In this document: in pieces, positions 1-8,593 of the stretch
How positions within the stretch are numbered: position 1 is the stretch's first letter
How the letters are laid out: every line of letters begins with the position of its first letter
DNA from: a virus
Reading direction: 5' to 3' (one strand)
IMG/VR virus record: IMGVR_UViG_3300034105_002043
Span: 12,747 to 76,746 of that record
Length of the DNA: 64,000 bases
Position numbers and translations under genes: made by a program
The notes under the pieces: generated by a model
Databases searched by the model: none
What the model was told of the DNA's origin: nothing
The model's input: the letters and a program-made list of their open reading frames with translations, nothing else

Positions 1-116
1 TAATCAGGTGCAGGTGCAAGTACGTTATTACGAACAAGCATTTCCGCTACATCGTTTGGGTACATTCCAACGGAACTACCAATCATATTTGATAACATTT
101 GTTCATCTATAACCAT
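1..116 (-). CDS. partial CDS (runs off window); paralogue-like of the two helical virion/membrane proteins upstream
   Basis: Read manually: MVIDEQMLSNMIGSSVGMYPNDVAEMLVRNNVLAPAPD..., ATG 13 nt after the stop of 129..785; N-terminal pattern resembles those of 129..785 and 788..1219. Confidence 0.7.
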   Translation of the reverse strand, partial: MVIDEQMLSNMIGSSVGMYPNDVAEMLVRNNVLAPAPD

Positions 117-128
117 AACTGTCTTTTT

Positions 129-785
129 TTATTCTTTTGGTCTTGCTACAAAATAAATAATAGTACCTAATACTGCAACGCCTACTAAACTTAATACAAC
201 GATTGTAGTTGTACTCAACCCGTCTTTGGTTTTATCTTTTTCTATCTTTTCTTTTTCTTCAACCAATTCATCTTCGGTTAAAACAGGTAATCCTGCTTTT
301 GCACGAGCATCAGCAATTGCTCTATTAGTTTGGTTTGTGTCGTAACTACCAAAAGCCTCTAATCCTTTACTAATTAAATCTCCTAATTTTAGGTCGCTAA
401 AAAATCCACCTTTTTTTGGAGGTGTAGTTGTTGTTTCAGTATCATCATCTGTACTCGTAACTCTAAAGTATTGAGCATTACCCTCTCTTTGACCTGCGAA
501 ATTACTTCCACTTGCTCTAAAATATTGAGCAGTTTGGGTTAATCCACCTGCAAGAGTTTGAGTTACTTTAGGATTTTGTATAAAGTTGTTTAAATCTTTA
601 AAGAAAGATTTAGAAACTTTTAATAAGTTAGCCATTAAAGAGGCAATTTGTTGAGATGAAGCGTTGTTTGGAACAGTAACTCCATTTTTCAACAATAATG
701 CAATCATTTGGCTTCTATAATTATTAACAAGCAATACTAAAGTCATTGCTCCTGTTTCAATCGTTGGTTGAATATTTTTTGCCAT
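129..785 (-). CDS. putative virion membrane protein, C-terminal TM anchor
   Basis: C-terminal hydrophobic helix IVVLSLVGVAVLGTIIYFV followed by RPKE; internal duplicated AQYFRASG/AQYFRVTS. Confidence 0.7.
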   Translation of the reverse strand: MAKNIQPTIETGAMTLVLLVNNYRSQMIALLLKNGVTVPNNASSQQIASLMANLLKVSKSFFKDLNNFIQNPKVTQTLAGGLTQTAQYFRASGSNFAGQREGNAQYFRVTSTDDDTETTTTPPKKGGFFSDLKLGDLISKGLEAFGSYDTNQTNRAIADARAKAGLPVLTEDELVEEKEKIEKDKTKDGLSTTTIVVLSLVGVAVLGTIIYFVARPKE

Positions 786-787
786 TT

Positions 788-1219
788 TTATTTATTTTTT
801 AAAATTAATGCAGTTGCTATAAACAAAGCGGAAACTACTAAAATAACATTCGTTTGGTTTGCCAATAAATGTGTATTCGTTGTAGAAGTGCTTGACTTTT
901 CATCTGCAAATTTACCTGCTCCTGTAACATTTAGGTATTGTAAGTTATCCTCAATACGTCTTCTATTTTTACAACTGTCGCAACCGCAACTTTTCTCTTC
1001 TTTGTCATCGGTTTTTTCAGTTGCGTATAATTCTAAAATAACATCTTTGTCGGGGTGGTTGTCCATAACTTTCTTAAAAGCAGGTTCTCCCACTTCGGCT
1101 ACTAACTCACTCAAACTTTTACCTAAATCAGAGGTGTTTCGTACATCGTAACCAAAAGAATTGATTATTTGCACCGCACCATTCGGATTAGAATCTGCAA
1201 CATATTTGAATACGTTCAT
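788..1219 (-). CDS. putative virion membrane protein with CGCxxC motif and C-terminal TM
   Basis: SCGCDSC, YLNVTG, C-terminal VILVVSALFIATALILK. Confidence 0.7.
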   Translation of the reverse strand: MNVFKYVADSNPNGAVQIINSFGYDVRNTSDLGKSLSELVAEVGEPAFKKVMDNHPDKDVILELYATEKTDDKEEKSCGCDSCKNRRRIEDNLQYLNVTGAGKFADEKSSTSTTNTHLLANQTNVILVVSALFIATALILKNK

Positions 1220-1237
1220 ATTTTTTTGTTTTTAAGC

Positions 1238-1275
1238 AAAAAAGAGCAAGTAGAAATGAATCACTTGCTCTCTTT
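1238..1275 (-). terminator. intrinsic terminator/attenuator after candidate capsid gene
   Basis: Inverted repeat GAGCAAGT...ACTTGCTC followed on the - strand by a T6 tract. Confidence 0.65.
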
Positions 1276-1313
1276 CTAAATTATACATTAATTCGTTATA
1301 TCATTTCTGATAA

Positions 1314-2015
1314 TTACGCTCTTAACTTGATGGTTTGACCATTAGTTACAGGAGGCGTACCGAATTGTCTGCTTACAGGTTGTCCACCTAATGCTCTCGC
1401 AAGGTTGATGTTATCAGCAGGGTAGAAGTATAACGATACAGTAGCATTTGCTAACACTTGAGCAATCGTGATTTTTGTGAAACCATCAATTCTGTAAGCA
1501 TACTTCATCGCAATAATCGTAGTTTGTTGCTGATATGGGTCAATTGTAGGCACTAATGTTTTTTGTGCCAAGTTACCATTCGCATCTCTTGTGTTAACCG
1601 CCAATGTTTGTAACACTTGGTTAGCAGTAGCCGATTGAATGTAAGTTAAACCAACAGAATATGGGTTGTTCATAAATTGATACAACATCTCTTGGTAGTT
1701 AATGTTAGGGATTCCTGAACTAATAGTTATAGAACCGATAACCAAATTTCCGTTTGTTTGGAAACCTGCGTTGTTGATGTATTGGTATGAACCTAATACG
1801 TCAAAATTAGAAACTGCTGACCCTGAAGTAGAAGTCACGTTAATAATATAAGGTTGAGATGTTTGAATATCTCCACCCATTGACATTCCACCATCTGCAC
1901 GGAAGAAATCATCTCCTGTGAAAGAAAGGTCTTGGTCGATGAATCCATCTGCATTTGAGAAAGACTCCATTGCACTTTGACGTGCATTACTTAAATATCT
2001 TCTTACGTTTGACAT
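1314..2015 (-). CDS. candidate major capsid protein (single jelly-roll-like, acidic N-terminal propeptide)
   Basis: About 50-aa D/F/G-rich N-terminus, then about 165 aa of alternating beta-strand pattern (YIINVTS, ITISSG, VGLTYIQS, LAVNTRD, TIIAMKYAYRIDG, KITIAQ, TVSLYFYP); own promoter and terminator; near the packaging ATPase; no HK97 features. Confidence 0.55.
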   Translation of the reverse strand: MSNVRRYLSNARQSAMESFSNADGFIDQDLSFTGDDFFRADGGMSMGGDIQTSQPYIINVTSTSGSAVSNFDVLGSYQYINNAGFQTNGNLVIGSITISSGIPNINYQEMLYQFMNNPYSVGLTYIQSATANQVLQTLAVNTRDANGNLAQKTLVPTIDPYQQQTTIIAMKYAYRIDGFTKITIAQVLANATVSLYFYPADNINLARALGGQPVSRQFGTPPVTNGQTIKLRA

Positions 2016-2068
2016 TTTGATTAATTTTATAATTTAATAATTTTTTTAAAACTCGGTTTGACACCAAA

Positions 2069-2194
2069 TTATGCTTTTGTAGCAGGAGCGTCAACTTTTT
2101 TCGCTAACAATGTTGTTTGAACATAGTTCGCAATCAACACACCAACAACAACTACGGCAACACTTTTTAATAAAGGAACAATTTCGTTTTTCAT
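2069..2194 (-). CDS. 41-aa single-TM protein co-transcribed with candidate capsid gene (not in ORF track)
   Basis: MKNEIVPLLKSVAVVVVGVLIANYVQTTLLAKKVDAPATKA*, read manually. Confidence 0.8.
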   Translation of the reverse strand: MKNEIVPLLKSVAVVVVGVLIANYVQTTLLAKKVDAPATKA

Positions 2195-2259
2195 TACAGA
2201 ATGACTTTTTTGATTAAACTTATTTTTAATGATAATTATTTACAGAAATAATATCAAGT

Positions 2260-2267
2260 CAAAAGTA
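2260..2267 (-). promoter_or_regulatory. Bacteroidota -7 promoter box for the capsid operon
   Basis: TACTTTTG on - strand (TAnnTTTG) in intergenic gap 66 nt upstream of ATG 2194; -33 box not evident. Confidence 0.5.
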
Positions 2268-2347
2268 TAATATAAATCAACATTAAATATATATTAATGC
2301 CTACTTTATCTTTAACAAATTATTTTCAAACTATTTTAAATTAATTT

Positions 2348-2379
2348 AAAAAGAAAAACGCACCGTGTTGGTGCGCTTT
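2348..2379 (-). terminator. intrinsic terminator after lysis cassette
   Basis: CGCACC-GTGTT-GGTGCG hairpin with T-rich tail on the - strand. Confidence 0.6.
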
Positions 2380-2384
2380 GATTC

Positions 2385-2816
2385 TTATTTTATAATAAAG
2401 TAAGTTGTTGATAATATCCCTAAAAGAGAGAGGGCTTTATATAGAAACGTTGTAGTCTTTTGTTTGGAAAGTTCTTTTTTATATGTATTAGATATTTCCT
2501 CTTGCTTGGTAAACATTTCGTCTTTTTTTGAAATAATCAAATTAAGTTTTTCTTTTTGTTGTCCCAAAACATTTATTATACTGTCTTTTAGAACTACCTC
2601 TTTTTTGGTTAATTCAAAATTACTTCTAACCAACTTAATTTCTGCTCTACAAAAATCTCCGCTAACAAGGTCATTTGCTATTTTCCTTGCTACAAGAGTA
2701 TCTATGCGAACCAAATTAGAAACTTTACTATTGCTTTTTGGAGTACCTGTCTGCGAAATAGCGTTCCCACATATTAGCATCGTAAGAATTAAACTTATCA
2801 ATTTCAATTTTTTCAT
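2385..2816 (-). CDS. spanin-like/lysis accessory protein (signal peptide, coiled coil, C-terminal TM)
   Basis: N-terminal signal peptide ending AIS-Q, coiled coil, hydrophobic C-terminus; overlaps the upstream gene by 89 nt in Rz/Rz1 fashion. Confidence 0.5.
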   Translation of the reverse strand: MKKLKLISLILTMLICGNAISQTGTPKSNSKVSNLVRIDTLVARKIANDLVSGDFCRAEIKLVRSNFELTKKEVVLKDSIINVLGQQKEKLNLIISKKDEMFTKQEEISNTYKKELSKQKTTTFLYKALSLLGILSTTYFIIK

Positions 2817-3099
2817 CTCTTTTTAAATTTTCAATTTTTGTATTATTAATGTTTACTGCTTTATGCACATTTGTAATCTGCATATTAAAAGTATCTATTT
2901 TTTTATCTAAAGCCTTTTCAGATTTTTCAATTTCTTCAACATCGTCTTTTAGTTTAGATATTTCTTCCTTTATGTAGTTAACCTTTAATGCTTCTCTACC
3001 ATTACCTACTACACTAAATAATTGAAAAACCAAAAGAAGCCCTGCTATAATTAAAAGCAAGTTAATCCTATTTGATAATATGTTTTTCAAGTCTTCCAT
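2728..3099 (-). CDS. i-spanin-like protein (N-terminal TM + coiled coil)
   Basis: TM LLLIIAGLLLVFQLFSVV then long heptad region; directly after the endolysin. Confidence 0.55.
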   Translation of the reverse strand: MEDLKNILSNRINLLLIIAGLLLVFQLFSVVGNGREALKVNYIKEEISKLKDDVEEIEKSEKALDKKIDTFNMQITNVHKAVNINNTKIENLKRDEKIEIDKFNSYDANMWERYFADRYSKKQ

Positions 3100-3566
3100 T
3101 ATGAATAAGGTTGATAAGCAGTTTTTCCACCACTTTTAATTGCTCTTAAAATTTGTTTACGTTGTTTTCCTGTTGATTCATAAGAAACGTGTACCCAATC
3201 AGGATTGTCTTTAGTTCCAAATTCCCAAATTAATTGGTCGAAGTTTAAATTTGCTTTGATATATTCAAAAACCATTTTGTTTGTAACCCCATTTCGTGTT
3301 CCGTCCATATCAATATCTATGGCTTCTCCTTGACAATGTTGACTTGTCAAACTACCACCAATAGCGGTATTAAGTTCTTTGCTTCTATATCCCGAACTAA
3401 TCATTATTGGTACGCCAAAATGTTTACGAATTGGCTCAAAAATATTTTCTGCCAATTTTTTAAAATTTTCGATGTGTTCAGGAGTAGGCATATTACTTAA
3501 TCCTTTTCTTTTTGCCATATCACTACGAGTAACTTCTGACAAGTCTAAATGCTCTGATAATTTCAT
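3099..3566 (-). CDS. endolysin, peptidase M15A family
   Basis: SSGYRSxxLNxAIGG, SQHxxGEAIDID, WVHVSY zinc motifs. Confidence 0.9.
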   Translation of the reverse strand: MKLSEHLDLSEVTRSDMAKRKGLSNMPTPEHIENFKKLAENIFEPIRKHFGVPIMISSGYRSKELNTAIGGSLTSQHCQGEAIDIDMDGTRNGVTNKMVFEYIKANLNFDQLIWEFGTKDNPDWVHVSYESTGKQRKQILRAIKSGGKTAYQPYS

Positions 3567-3570
3567 AATT

Positions 3571-3912
3571 TTATTTTTTAGTTGTTTTTTCTTCTTCTTT
3601 AACTTCTTCTTTAGTTTCTACTTGCTTTGTTCTATTAAATTGATACCCAAAGATAATCAAAACAATATTCTTAATTAAGTTGAATAACTCATCGCTCATT
3701 AGCGGTGTAAGTAATGGTATTTTAAAAGCAATTACTTTATCTACCACAAACAATCCCAATAAAGCAGATAGTAAAATTGCGGTAAACCTTGTAAGCCACT
3801 CTTGTTGATTTTTTGCACGAATTTGAGTATTTACATACCAAATAAAAGTCATTATACAAGCAATTGCAAAGACAACTCCGACAACCATTATAATACCACC
3901 CTCACTAAACAT
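3571..3912 (-). CDS. holin-like membrane protein (3 TM)
   Basis: Three hydrophobic segments, highly charged C-tail, adjacent to the endolysin. Confidence 0.6.
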   Translation of the reverse strand: MFSEGGIIMVVGVVFAIACIMTFIWYVNTQIRAKNQQEWLTRFTAILLSALLGLFVVDKVIAFKIPLLTPLMSDELFNLIKNIVLIIFGYQFNRTKQVETKEEVKEEEKTTKK

Positions 3913-4181
3913 TATTCAGGCGTATTTTGTGTGTTGTTTGAATCTTTTTTACCAAAAACTTTTTCAAGTCCTGTAATACCTAATGCTCCAAATGATAAAA
4001 GTGCAACTGCGTCAACCAAAGGTACGCTTGGTGCGTTATCAATGTGAGTGAAACTATTTGCAAAAAGAGTTGCAAACAATGTAAATGAACCTACGATTCC
4101 TACAAGTCTTTTAGAACTTGGCTCTGATTTTTCACAAAAAAACTTTGTAATAAACCATCTTTCTTGTTTTTTACTTTCCAT
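3912..4181 (-). CDS. holin-like membrane protein (2 TM)
   Basis: PSSKRLVG followed by two TMs, in the lysis cassette. Confidence 0.6.
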   Translation of the reverse strand: MESKKQERWFITKFFCEKSEPSSKRLVGIVGSFTLFATLFANSFTHIDNAPSVPLVDAVALLSFGALGITGLEKVFGKKDSNNTQNTPE

Positions 4182-4295
4182 AACTTTAATTTTTAATGAT
4201 TAATATTCAGTTAATTAAAGTTTCTTGGTTTGGAAATATTTTATCAAAATTAATAAAAATTGGGAGATTTATGCAAAACCTCGCAATTTTTATTT

Positions 4296-5111
4296 TTATC
4301 CAACATATTGTTTCATCAATTGTTTTGTTTTGAACTTTAAAGCCTCTTGCAAAGTCATTGGCTTTGTTGAAGTCAGAGGGTTTTTTAAAGTCAAAGGTTT
4401 TAATAACTTATTTTGATTGGCTATTAAATAATCTTCAACAATTTTTTCAAATCGTTTCTTATCTTTTAATAAAACTTTTTCGTCATCAATATCCACATAG
4501 GTAAAAACCCTTTTATCGCCATCTTCGTATTGTGTGTTAATATACGCTTCTACTAATAATAACAATTCTAATTTTTCCTCAAACTTATTCCTGTGCTTAA
4601 TTACGTCATCGGTAATTTTATGAAATCTAATCCAATTTAGATTCTGCCAAATTTTTGGCGAAATCCTACCTATTGACTGAAAGTGAAGAATAATGTCTGT
4701 GTCCGTGTGTCTGTTAGTACAGATTGCGCCAACAAGGTCATTCGGTAAGTAGTCACTAACGTAACGGTTAATGTCTTCGATAAGTAATAGTCCACCTCTA
4801 TAATCGTTTAATATTTTAAATAATACTTCTTGTATCTCTCTTAAAGTCATTCTAACACCGTTATCGTGAAACGGTCTTATTCGTCTTGCTTCAATTTTAG
4901 GGTGCGCCGAAAATCTAACAATATCCGATTGTTTTAATGCTTTAATATCTTCAAATTCGTCATTTACATCAAGAATTAAAGCACGTCTTGCAGGAACTCC
5001 TTTAGCGGGATTCCCTAACACATATTGCTTTATCATCTTGGTAGTAGTAAAGGTCTTTCCGCAACCTTTTCGCCCTACCGCAACTCCTAATTTTGGTTCT
5101 CTAATTTCCAT
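4296..5111 (-). CDS. FtsK/HerA-superfamily genome packaging ATPase (A32/P9-like)
   Basis: Walker A GRKGCGKT, ALILDVNDEF, Walker B-like LLLIED, Arg finger NRH, IILHFQ sensor, ISPKIWQN; 271 aa single domain with no nuclease domain, so not TerL. Confidence 0.8.
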   Translation of the reverse strand: MEIREPKLGVAVGRKGCGKTFTTTKMIKQYVLGNPAKGVPARRALILDVNDEFEDIKALKQSDIVRFSAHPKIEARRIRPFHDNGVRMTLREIQEVLFKILNDYRGGLLLIEDINRYVSDYLPNDLVGAICTNRHTDTDIILHFQSIGRISPKIWQNLNWIRFHKITDDVIKHRNKFEEKLELLLLVEAYINTQYEDGDKRVFTYVDIDDEKVLLKDKKRFEKIVEDYLIANQNKLLKPLTLKNPLTSTKPMTLQEALKFKTKQLMKQYVG

Positions 5112-5112
5112 A

Positions 5113-5229
5113 TTATCTGTCCTTGTATAGTTTGTAAATAAAAAACATCAGCCACATAACAAGTAACAACATAACAACCCAAAGAGGATTGTTATTATTG
5201 TTCTCATTACCTGTTACGTTACTTGCCAT
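5113..5229 (-). CDS. 38-aa single-TM protein coupled to the ATPase (not in ORF track)
   Basis: MASNVTGNENNNNNPLWVVMLLLVMWLMFFIYKLYKDR*; start overlaps the upstream stop. Confidence 0.75.
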   Translation of the reverse strand: MASNVTGNENNNNNPLWVVMLLLVMWLMFFIYKLYKDR

Positions 5230-6326
5230 TATTTTTTACCTCCTCTTGGTTTTTTAACTGCGGTTGTTCTTGCTTTTCTTACAGGTTTCTTTGGTTCATT
5301 ACCGCTTAATCTTTCTAATTCAGAAAGGATTGCAGGGTCGCCGAATTGTGGCATACCTGCTACGTCCTTAAAGTCGTCTGTGAATCCACCGTTGTCTTTC
5401 AAGTTACTATAAACGCCTTGCTCTTCAGGCTCAAAATAAGCCAACTGTTCGTCTAAATTTGTTTTAGGCGCACTTCTTTCAGGTCTTCTTCTTTGTCTGC
5501 TTACAGGCTCTTGAATAACTTCCGCTATATTTTCTGTATATGAAACATCGTTATCAACAGGCTCTTGATATACAGGCTCTTGATATTGTGTTTGAGGTTG
5601 AGGTTCAGGTCTTGGCGGTTCAGGTCTTGAATTTCTCATATTATTTTCTCTCATAGCCATAGTATTCTCTTTTAAAGAGTCCAAAATGCTATTAGTAGTT
5701 TTCTTTAACATAAATGCTTGTGCGCCCTTTGTAGCAATATCAGTACCAAAGTAGTACATCAATAATTGCTCATCGGTCATTCCAATACCACGTTTTTTGA
5801 ATACACGAATTAAAGGTGCTTTTACTTTGTCTTTGAATTCGTCACTTACAACAAACGCTTCTTTAATGCTATCATTAAATTCAACGGCAAAATCTTTAAT
5901 TGGCATATTTCCTGCTTCAGTTTGAAGCGTAATATTCGGGTCAATTTCGCCCTCTGCAATTAACTTGTCAATTTTTGTTTCGCTTATTTCAGGAATTTTA
6001 CCTAAATAGAAACAACCTTTTTCGTAGATGTCTAAAGTCATTTCAGCCATCATCTCCGCACCCATAGTTTTCTCTTTACCGTCTAATTGAGAATAACTTT
6101 CGTTGAATGGTCTTTCAGGCTCATTTGCTTCTTCTTCGGCAGTACCGTCAAGGTCTGCGAAACTTGGACGTTCAAAAGTAGGTTCTTCCAATTCTCCCAT
6201 TTCTTGAGCATCGCCCATTTTGTGTTGTGTGTACGACCTTTGTTTTACAGGTGCGTCTAAAGGCGAGAAATCATCATTAATAATTTCTACATCTTGAATG
6301 TCTTCGTAGTTTTCTTGGTTAATCAT
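5229..6326 (-). CDS. acidic hypothetical protein, possible packaging accessory/scaffold
   Basis: Acidic termini, helical core, P/Q/E-rich disordered C-half, basic tail; in operon with the ATPase. Confidence 0.5.
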   Translation of the reverse strand: MINQENYEDIQDVEIINDDFSPLDAPVKQRSYTQHKMGDAQEMGELEEPTFERPSFADLDGTAEEEANEPERPFNESYSQLDGKEKTMGAEMMAEMTLDIYEKGCFYLGKIPEISETKIDKLIAEGEIDPNITLQTEAGNMPIKDFAVEFNDSIKEAFVVSDEFKDKVKAPLIRVFKKRGIGMTDEQLLMYYFGTDIATKGAQAFMLKKTTNSILDSLKENTMAMRENNMRNSRPEPPRPEPQPQTQYQEPVYQEPVDNDVSYTENIAEVIQEPVSRQRRRPERSAPKTNLDEQLAYFEPEEQGVYSNLKDNGGFTDDFKDVAGMPQFGDPAILSELERLSGNEPKKPVRKARTTAVKKPRGGKK

Positions 6327-6762
6327 TTTTAAATAATTTATTTATGTTAGCATTAATGTTGTCAATTTTCTGTAATACCTGTCTGTCTGACGGGTGGTTT
6401 GAATTTAATCTCAATATTTCTTGTTTGTACAAAGATACTAAAGTGTCGGGTTTTTTCAAAATATAAGATATGTTTGAATTATCGAGTTTGAGTTCTTTTT
6501 GTATTACAAAGGCGCAAACGCCTATTGATATTCTTCGATTGTTTTTTCGCTTCATATCAAAAATATCGTCCAAAGAAATATTGAATTCATCACAAACAAG
6601 TTGAACTAATTTTAATGCTTGTTCTATTTGTTCCTGATTTAAAGTAGGTGGGTTTTTTCTTGAGTATTTTAAAATCTCAATTAACTTATCAGCCCCTATG
6701 ATTTGGATTGTCTTGTCTAATTCCTTAAACACTAAAGACACGTTGTTAGTTTCCTCTTTCAT
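6319..6762 (-). CDS. DnaA C-terminal-like HTH DNA-binding protein
   Basis: LVCDEFNISLDDIF..KRK...R.I...V....L.L....I...L pattern typical of DnaA domain IV. Confidence 0.55.
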   Translation of the reverse strand: MKEETNNVSLVFKELDKTIQIIGADKLIEILKYSRKNPPTLNQEQIEQALKLVQLVCDEFNISLDDIFDMKRKNNRRISIGVCAFVIQKELKLDNSNISYILKKPDTLVSLYKQEILRLNSNHPSDRQVLQKIDNINANINKLFKND

Positions 6763-6764
6763 AA

Positions 6765-7151
6765 CTATTCCTTTAAGTATTCGTCAATGATTTGTTTAGT
6801 CATATCAAAACCCCAAGAAAATTCTGCCTTATAGCCTTTTGAAGTAAGTTTAAGCAAACATTCGTGTTGTAGTTTTAAGTGGTCTTTTTGAGAAGCCTTA
6901 ATTGTACCGTCTTTCTTAAAAGGAGTTTCTATTTTAAGTTCAATAAATAAACCACAGTAGCCTTGTCGTGGCTCAAGAATTAAAACGTCAGGGCATTTAA
7001 ACCCGTTTTTTTGAACGAGTTTATTTCTTCCTGCCTGTCTTTCCGTTAATTTTACAGATGCTATCGTATCTGATAAAAAATCAACATCAGGATATTGGTA
7101 AGATAAATAACGGGCTACCGATTTTTGTAGTTCATATTCCTCGTGTTTCAT
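6765..7151 (-). CDS. VRR-NUC domain nuclease (possible resolvase)
   Basis: ExELQ, PDVLIL, GLFIELK, Q...L...GY motifs. Confidence 0.85.
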   Translation of the reverse strand: MKHEEYELQKSVARYLSYQYPDVDFLSDTIASVKLTERQAGRNKLVQKNGFKCPDVLILEPRQGYCGLFIELKIETPFKKDGTIKASQKDHLKLQHECLLKLTSKGYKAEFSWGFDMTKQIIDEYLKE

Positions 7152-7177
7152 ATTTTGTTGTTAGTTGTTCTTGGTTA

Positions 7178-7822
7178 TTAAATTCCGTATTTCTTTGTAA
7201 ATTCAGGGTGTTTTAAAATTGCTTTTCCTAACTCTCTACCCCCATCGTTATCGCTTGGGTAATGGTGTCCTAAATAAACTCGGCTATACGATATATCTTC
7301 AATCAATTCCTTACAATATTGATACTCTGTCGGGTATTTATTTCCTAATACATTTAATATTACAATTGCTTGAACCGTATGTCCTGATGGATAAGAGGGT
7401 GTGTGAGCAGAAAAACTTTTATACGGAAAAAGTTTTAATTTATAATATTGCGCTATTTGAAAAGGTCTTGGTCGTTGAATATGAAATTTTAGTTTAAAAA
7501 TTAAGTTCTGAATATCTTTTACAATTTCCGTAACCAACTCTTCTACTTCAATATCTTTTTGTTTAAATATGCTTGATATTGCTTGAATTAAATTTCTATC
7601 ATACGCTAAATACCTCTTTAGATAATTTTGATTTTCAGGTTGTGACATTACTGCTAAACTATCTGCAACTTCGTTAAGTTCGTCCTTAACTAATTCAGAA
7701 TCGTTATTAGGCACTACTGCGTCTTTAAAAGTATCAAAAAGGTCATCTACCAAACAACTCCCTTGAATGAAACCTAATTGTTCGTGTGTTGGATTACCGT
7801 ATGTTAAATCATTAAACTCCAT
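7178..7822 (-). CDS. PAP2/haloperoxidase-superfamily phosphatase
   Basis: KFHIQRPRP, SYPSGH, SRVYLGHHYPSD: all three PAP2 motifs. Confidence 0.9.
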   Translation of the reverse strand: MEFNDLTYGNPTHEQLGFIQGSCLVDDLFDTFKDAVVPNNDSELVKDELNEVADSLAVMSQPENQNYLKRYLAYDRNLIQAISSIFKQKDIEVEELVTEIVKDIQNLIFKLKFHIQRPRPFQIAQYYKLKLFPYKSFSAHTPSYPSGHTVQAIVILNVLGNKYPTEYQYCKELIEDISYSRVYLGHHYPSDNDGGRELGKAILKHPEFTKKYGI

Positions 7823-7826
7823 AGTG

Positions 7827-8165
7827 TTATTTTTGTCCTTGTCCTACACAACTTGTCATAAAGTTATCGTATGTCTTTTGCGTTTGTTCTTGGGAACTAA
7901 ATTTTTGCGTTTCAGCAAATTTAAGCCATTTTTCTTTACATATTACAACTTGAGGAGTATCTAAAGTTTCAACAACTTCAGGCTCTTCAATTTTAGTTGT
8001 ACCCGCTTCAGCAGGAGCATTTGTTGATGCGGGAGTTATTGTTTCTGTTGTCGTATCAGAAACACTCATATCCTTTACGACAGTAGTCTTTTTGCCTACT
8101 GCTTTACAAACTATAAATCCAAGTACAAATCCTGCACCTGCAAAAATTAAATCTCTTCTGTTCAT
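7827..8165 (-). CDS. N-terminal TM protein with C-terminal two-Cys helical hairpin
   Basis: TM, T/E-rich linker, C..W..F...F...C; paralogue of 8176..8442. Confidence 0.7.
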   Translation of the reverse strand: MNRRDLIFAGAGFVLGFIVCKAVGKKTTVVKDMSVSDTTTETITPASTNAPAEAGTTKIEEPEVVETLDTPQVVICKEKWLKFAETQKFSSQEQTQKTYDNFMTSCVGQGQK

Positions 8166-8175
8166 ATTAATTTAA

Positions 8176-8442
8176 TTAAGCATTTTTTGCCATACAAGCG
8201 TCAAATCTTTCTTTTCTAATAGCCCCTAAATCTGCACCTGCTGATGGTCTAATAGTCATCATAAATTCGTCTGCTTCTTTGTTACAAGCGTCAATTTTTG
8301 CTTGTGAGGGTGCTGAAGCAACTGTGTCTGTCGAAGTTGTTGTTCCTGTTACTGAACCATCTTTTGATTTTTTCAAATAACCTGCTAAAAGATAGCCTCC
8401 CGCTACTCCTGCTACTACTAATATTATATCTTTTGTGTTCAT
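8176..8442 (-). CDS. N-terminal TM protein with C-terminal two-Cys helical hairpin
   Basis: Same architecture as 7827..8165. Confidence 0.7.
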   Translation of the reverse strand: MNTKDIILVVAGVAGGYLLAGYLKKSKDGSVTGTTTSTDTVASAPSQAKIDACNKEADEFMMTIRPSAGADLGAIRKERFDACMAKNA

Positions 8443-8444
8443 AA

Positions 8445-8582
8445 TTATTTTGCTTTATAAACAGTTAATCCTGTTTTAGTTTTTGATGCTACATACGTTT
8501 TACCATTGTAAGTAAATGATGCTGATTTGTTCTTTTTGGCTTCCAACATTGCTTTGAAATACCCGTTTACCGCTTTTGCCAT
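8445..8582 (-). CDS. 45-aa basic protein, possible DNA-condensing core protein (not in ORF track)
   Basis: MAKAVNGYFKAMLEAKKNKSASFTYNGKTYVASKTKTGLTVYKAK*, fills the intergenic gap exactly. Confidence 0.75.
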   Translation of the reverse strand: MAKAVNGYFKAMLEAKKNKSASFTYNGKTYVASKTKTGLTVYKAK

Positions 8583-8593
8583 AATTTCTGTTT

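Noticed and set aside
4296-5111. ATPase as terminase large subunit
   Set aside because: Too short, no RNase H-like nuclease domain, and motifs fit the FtsK/HerA clade
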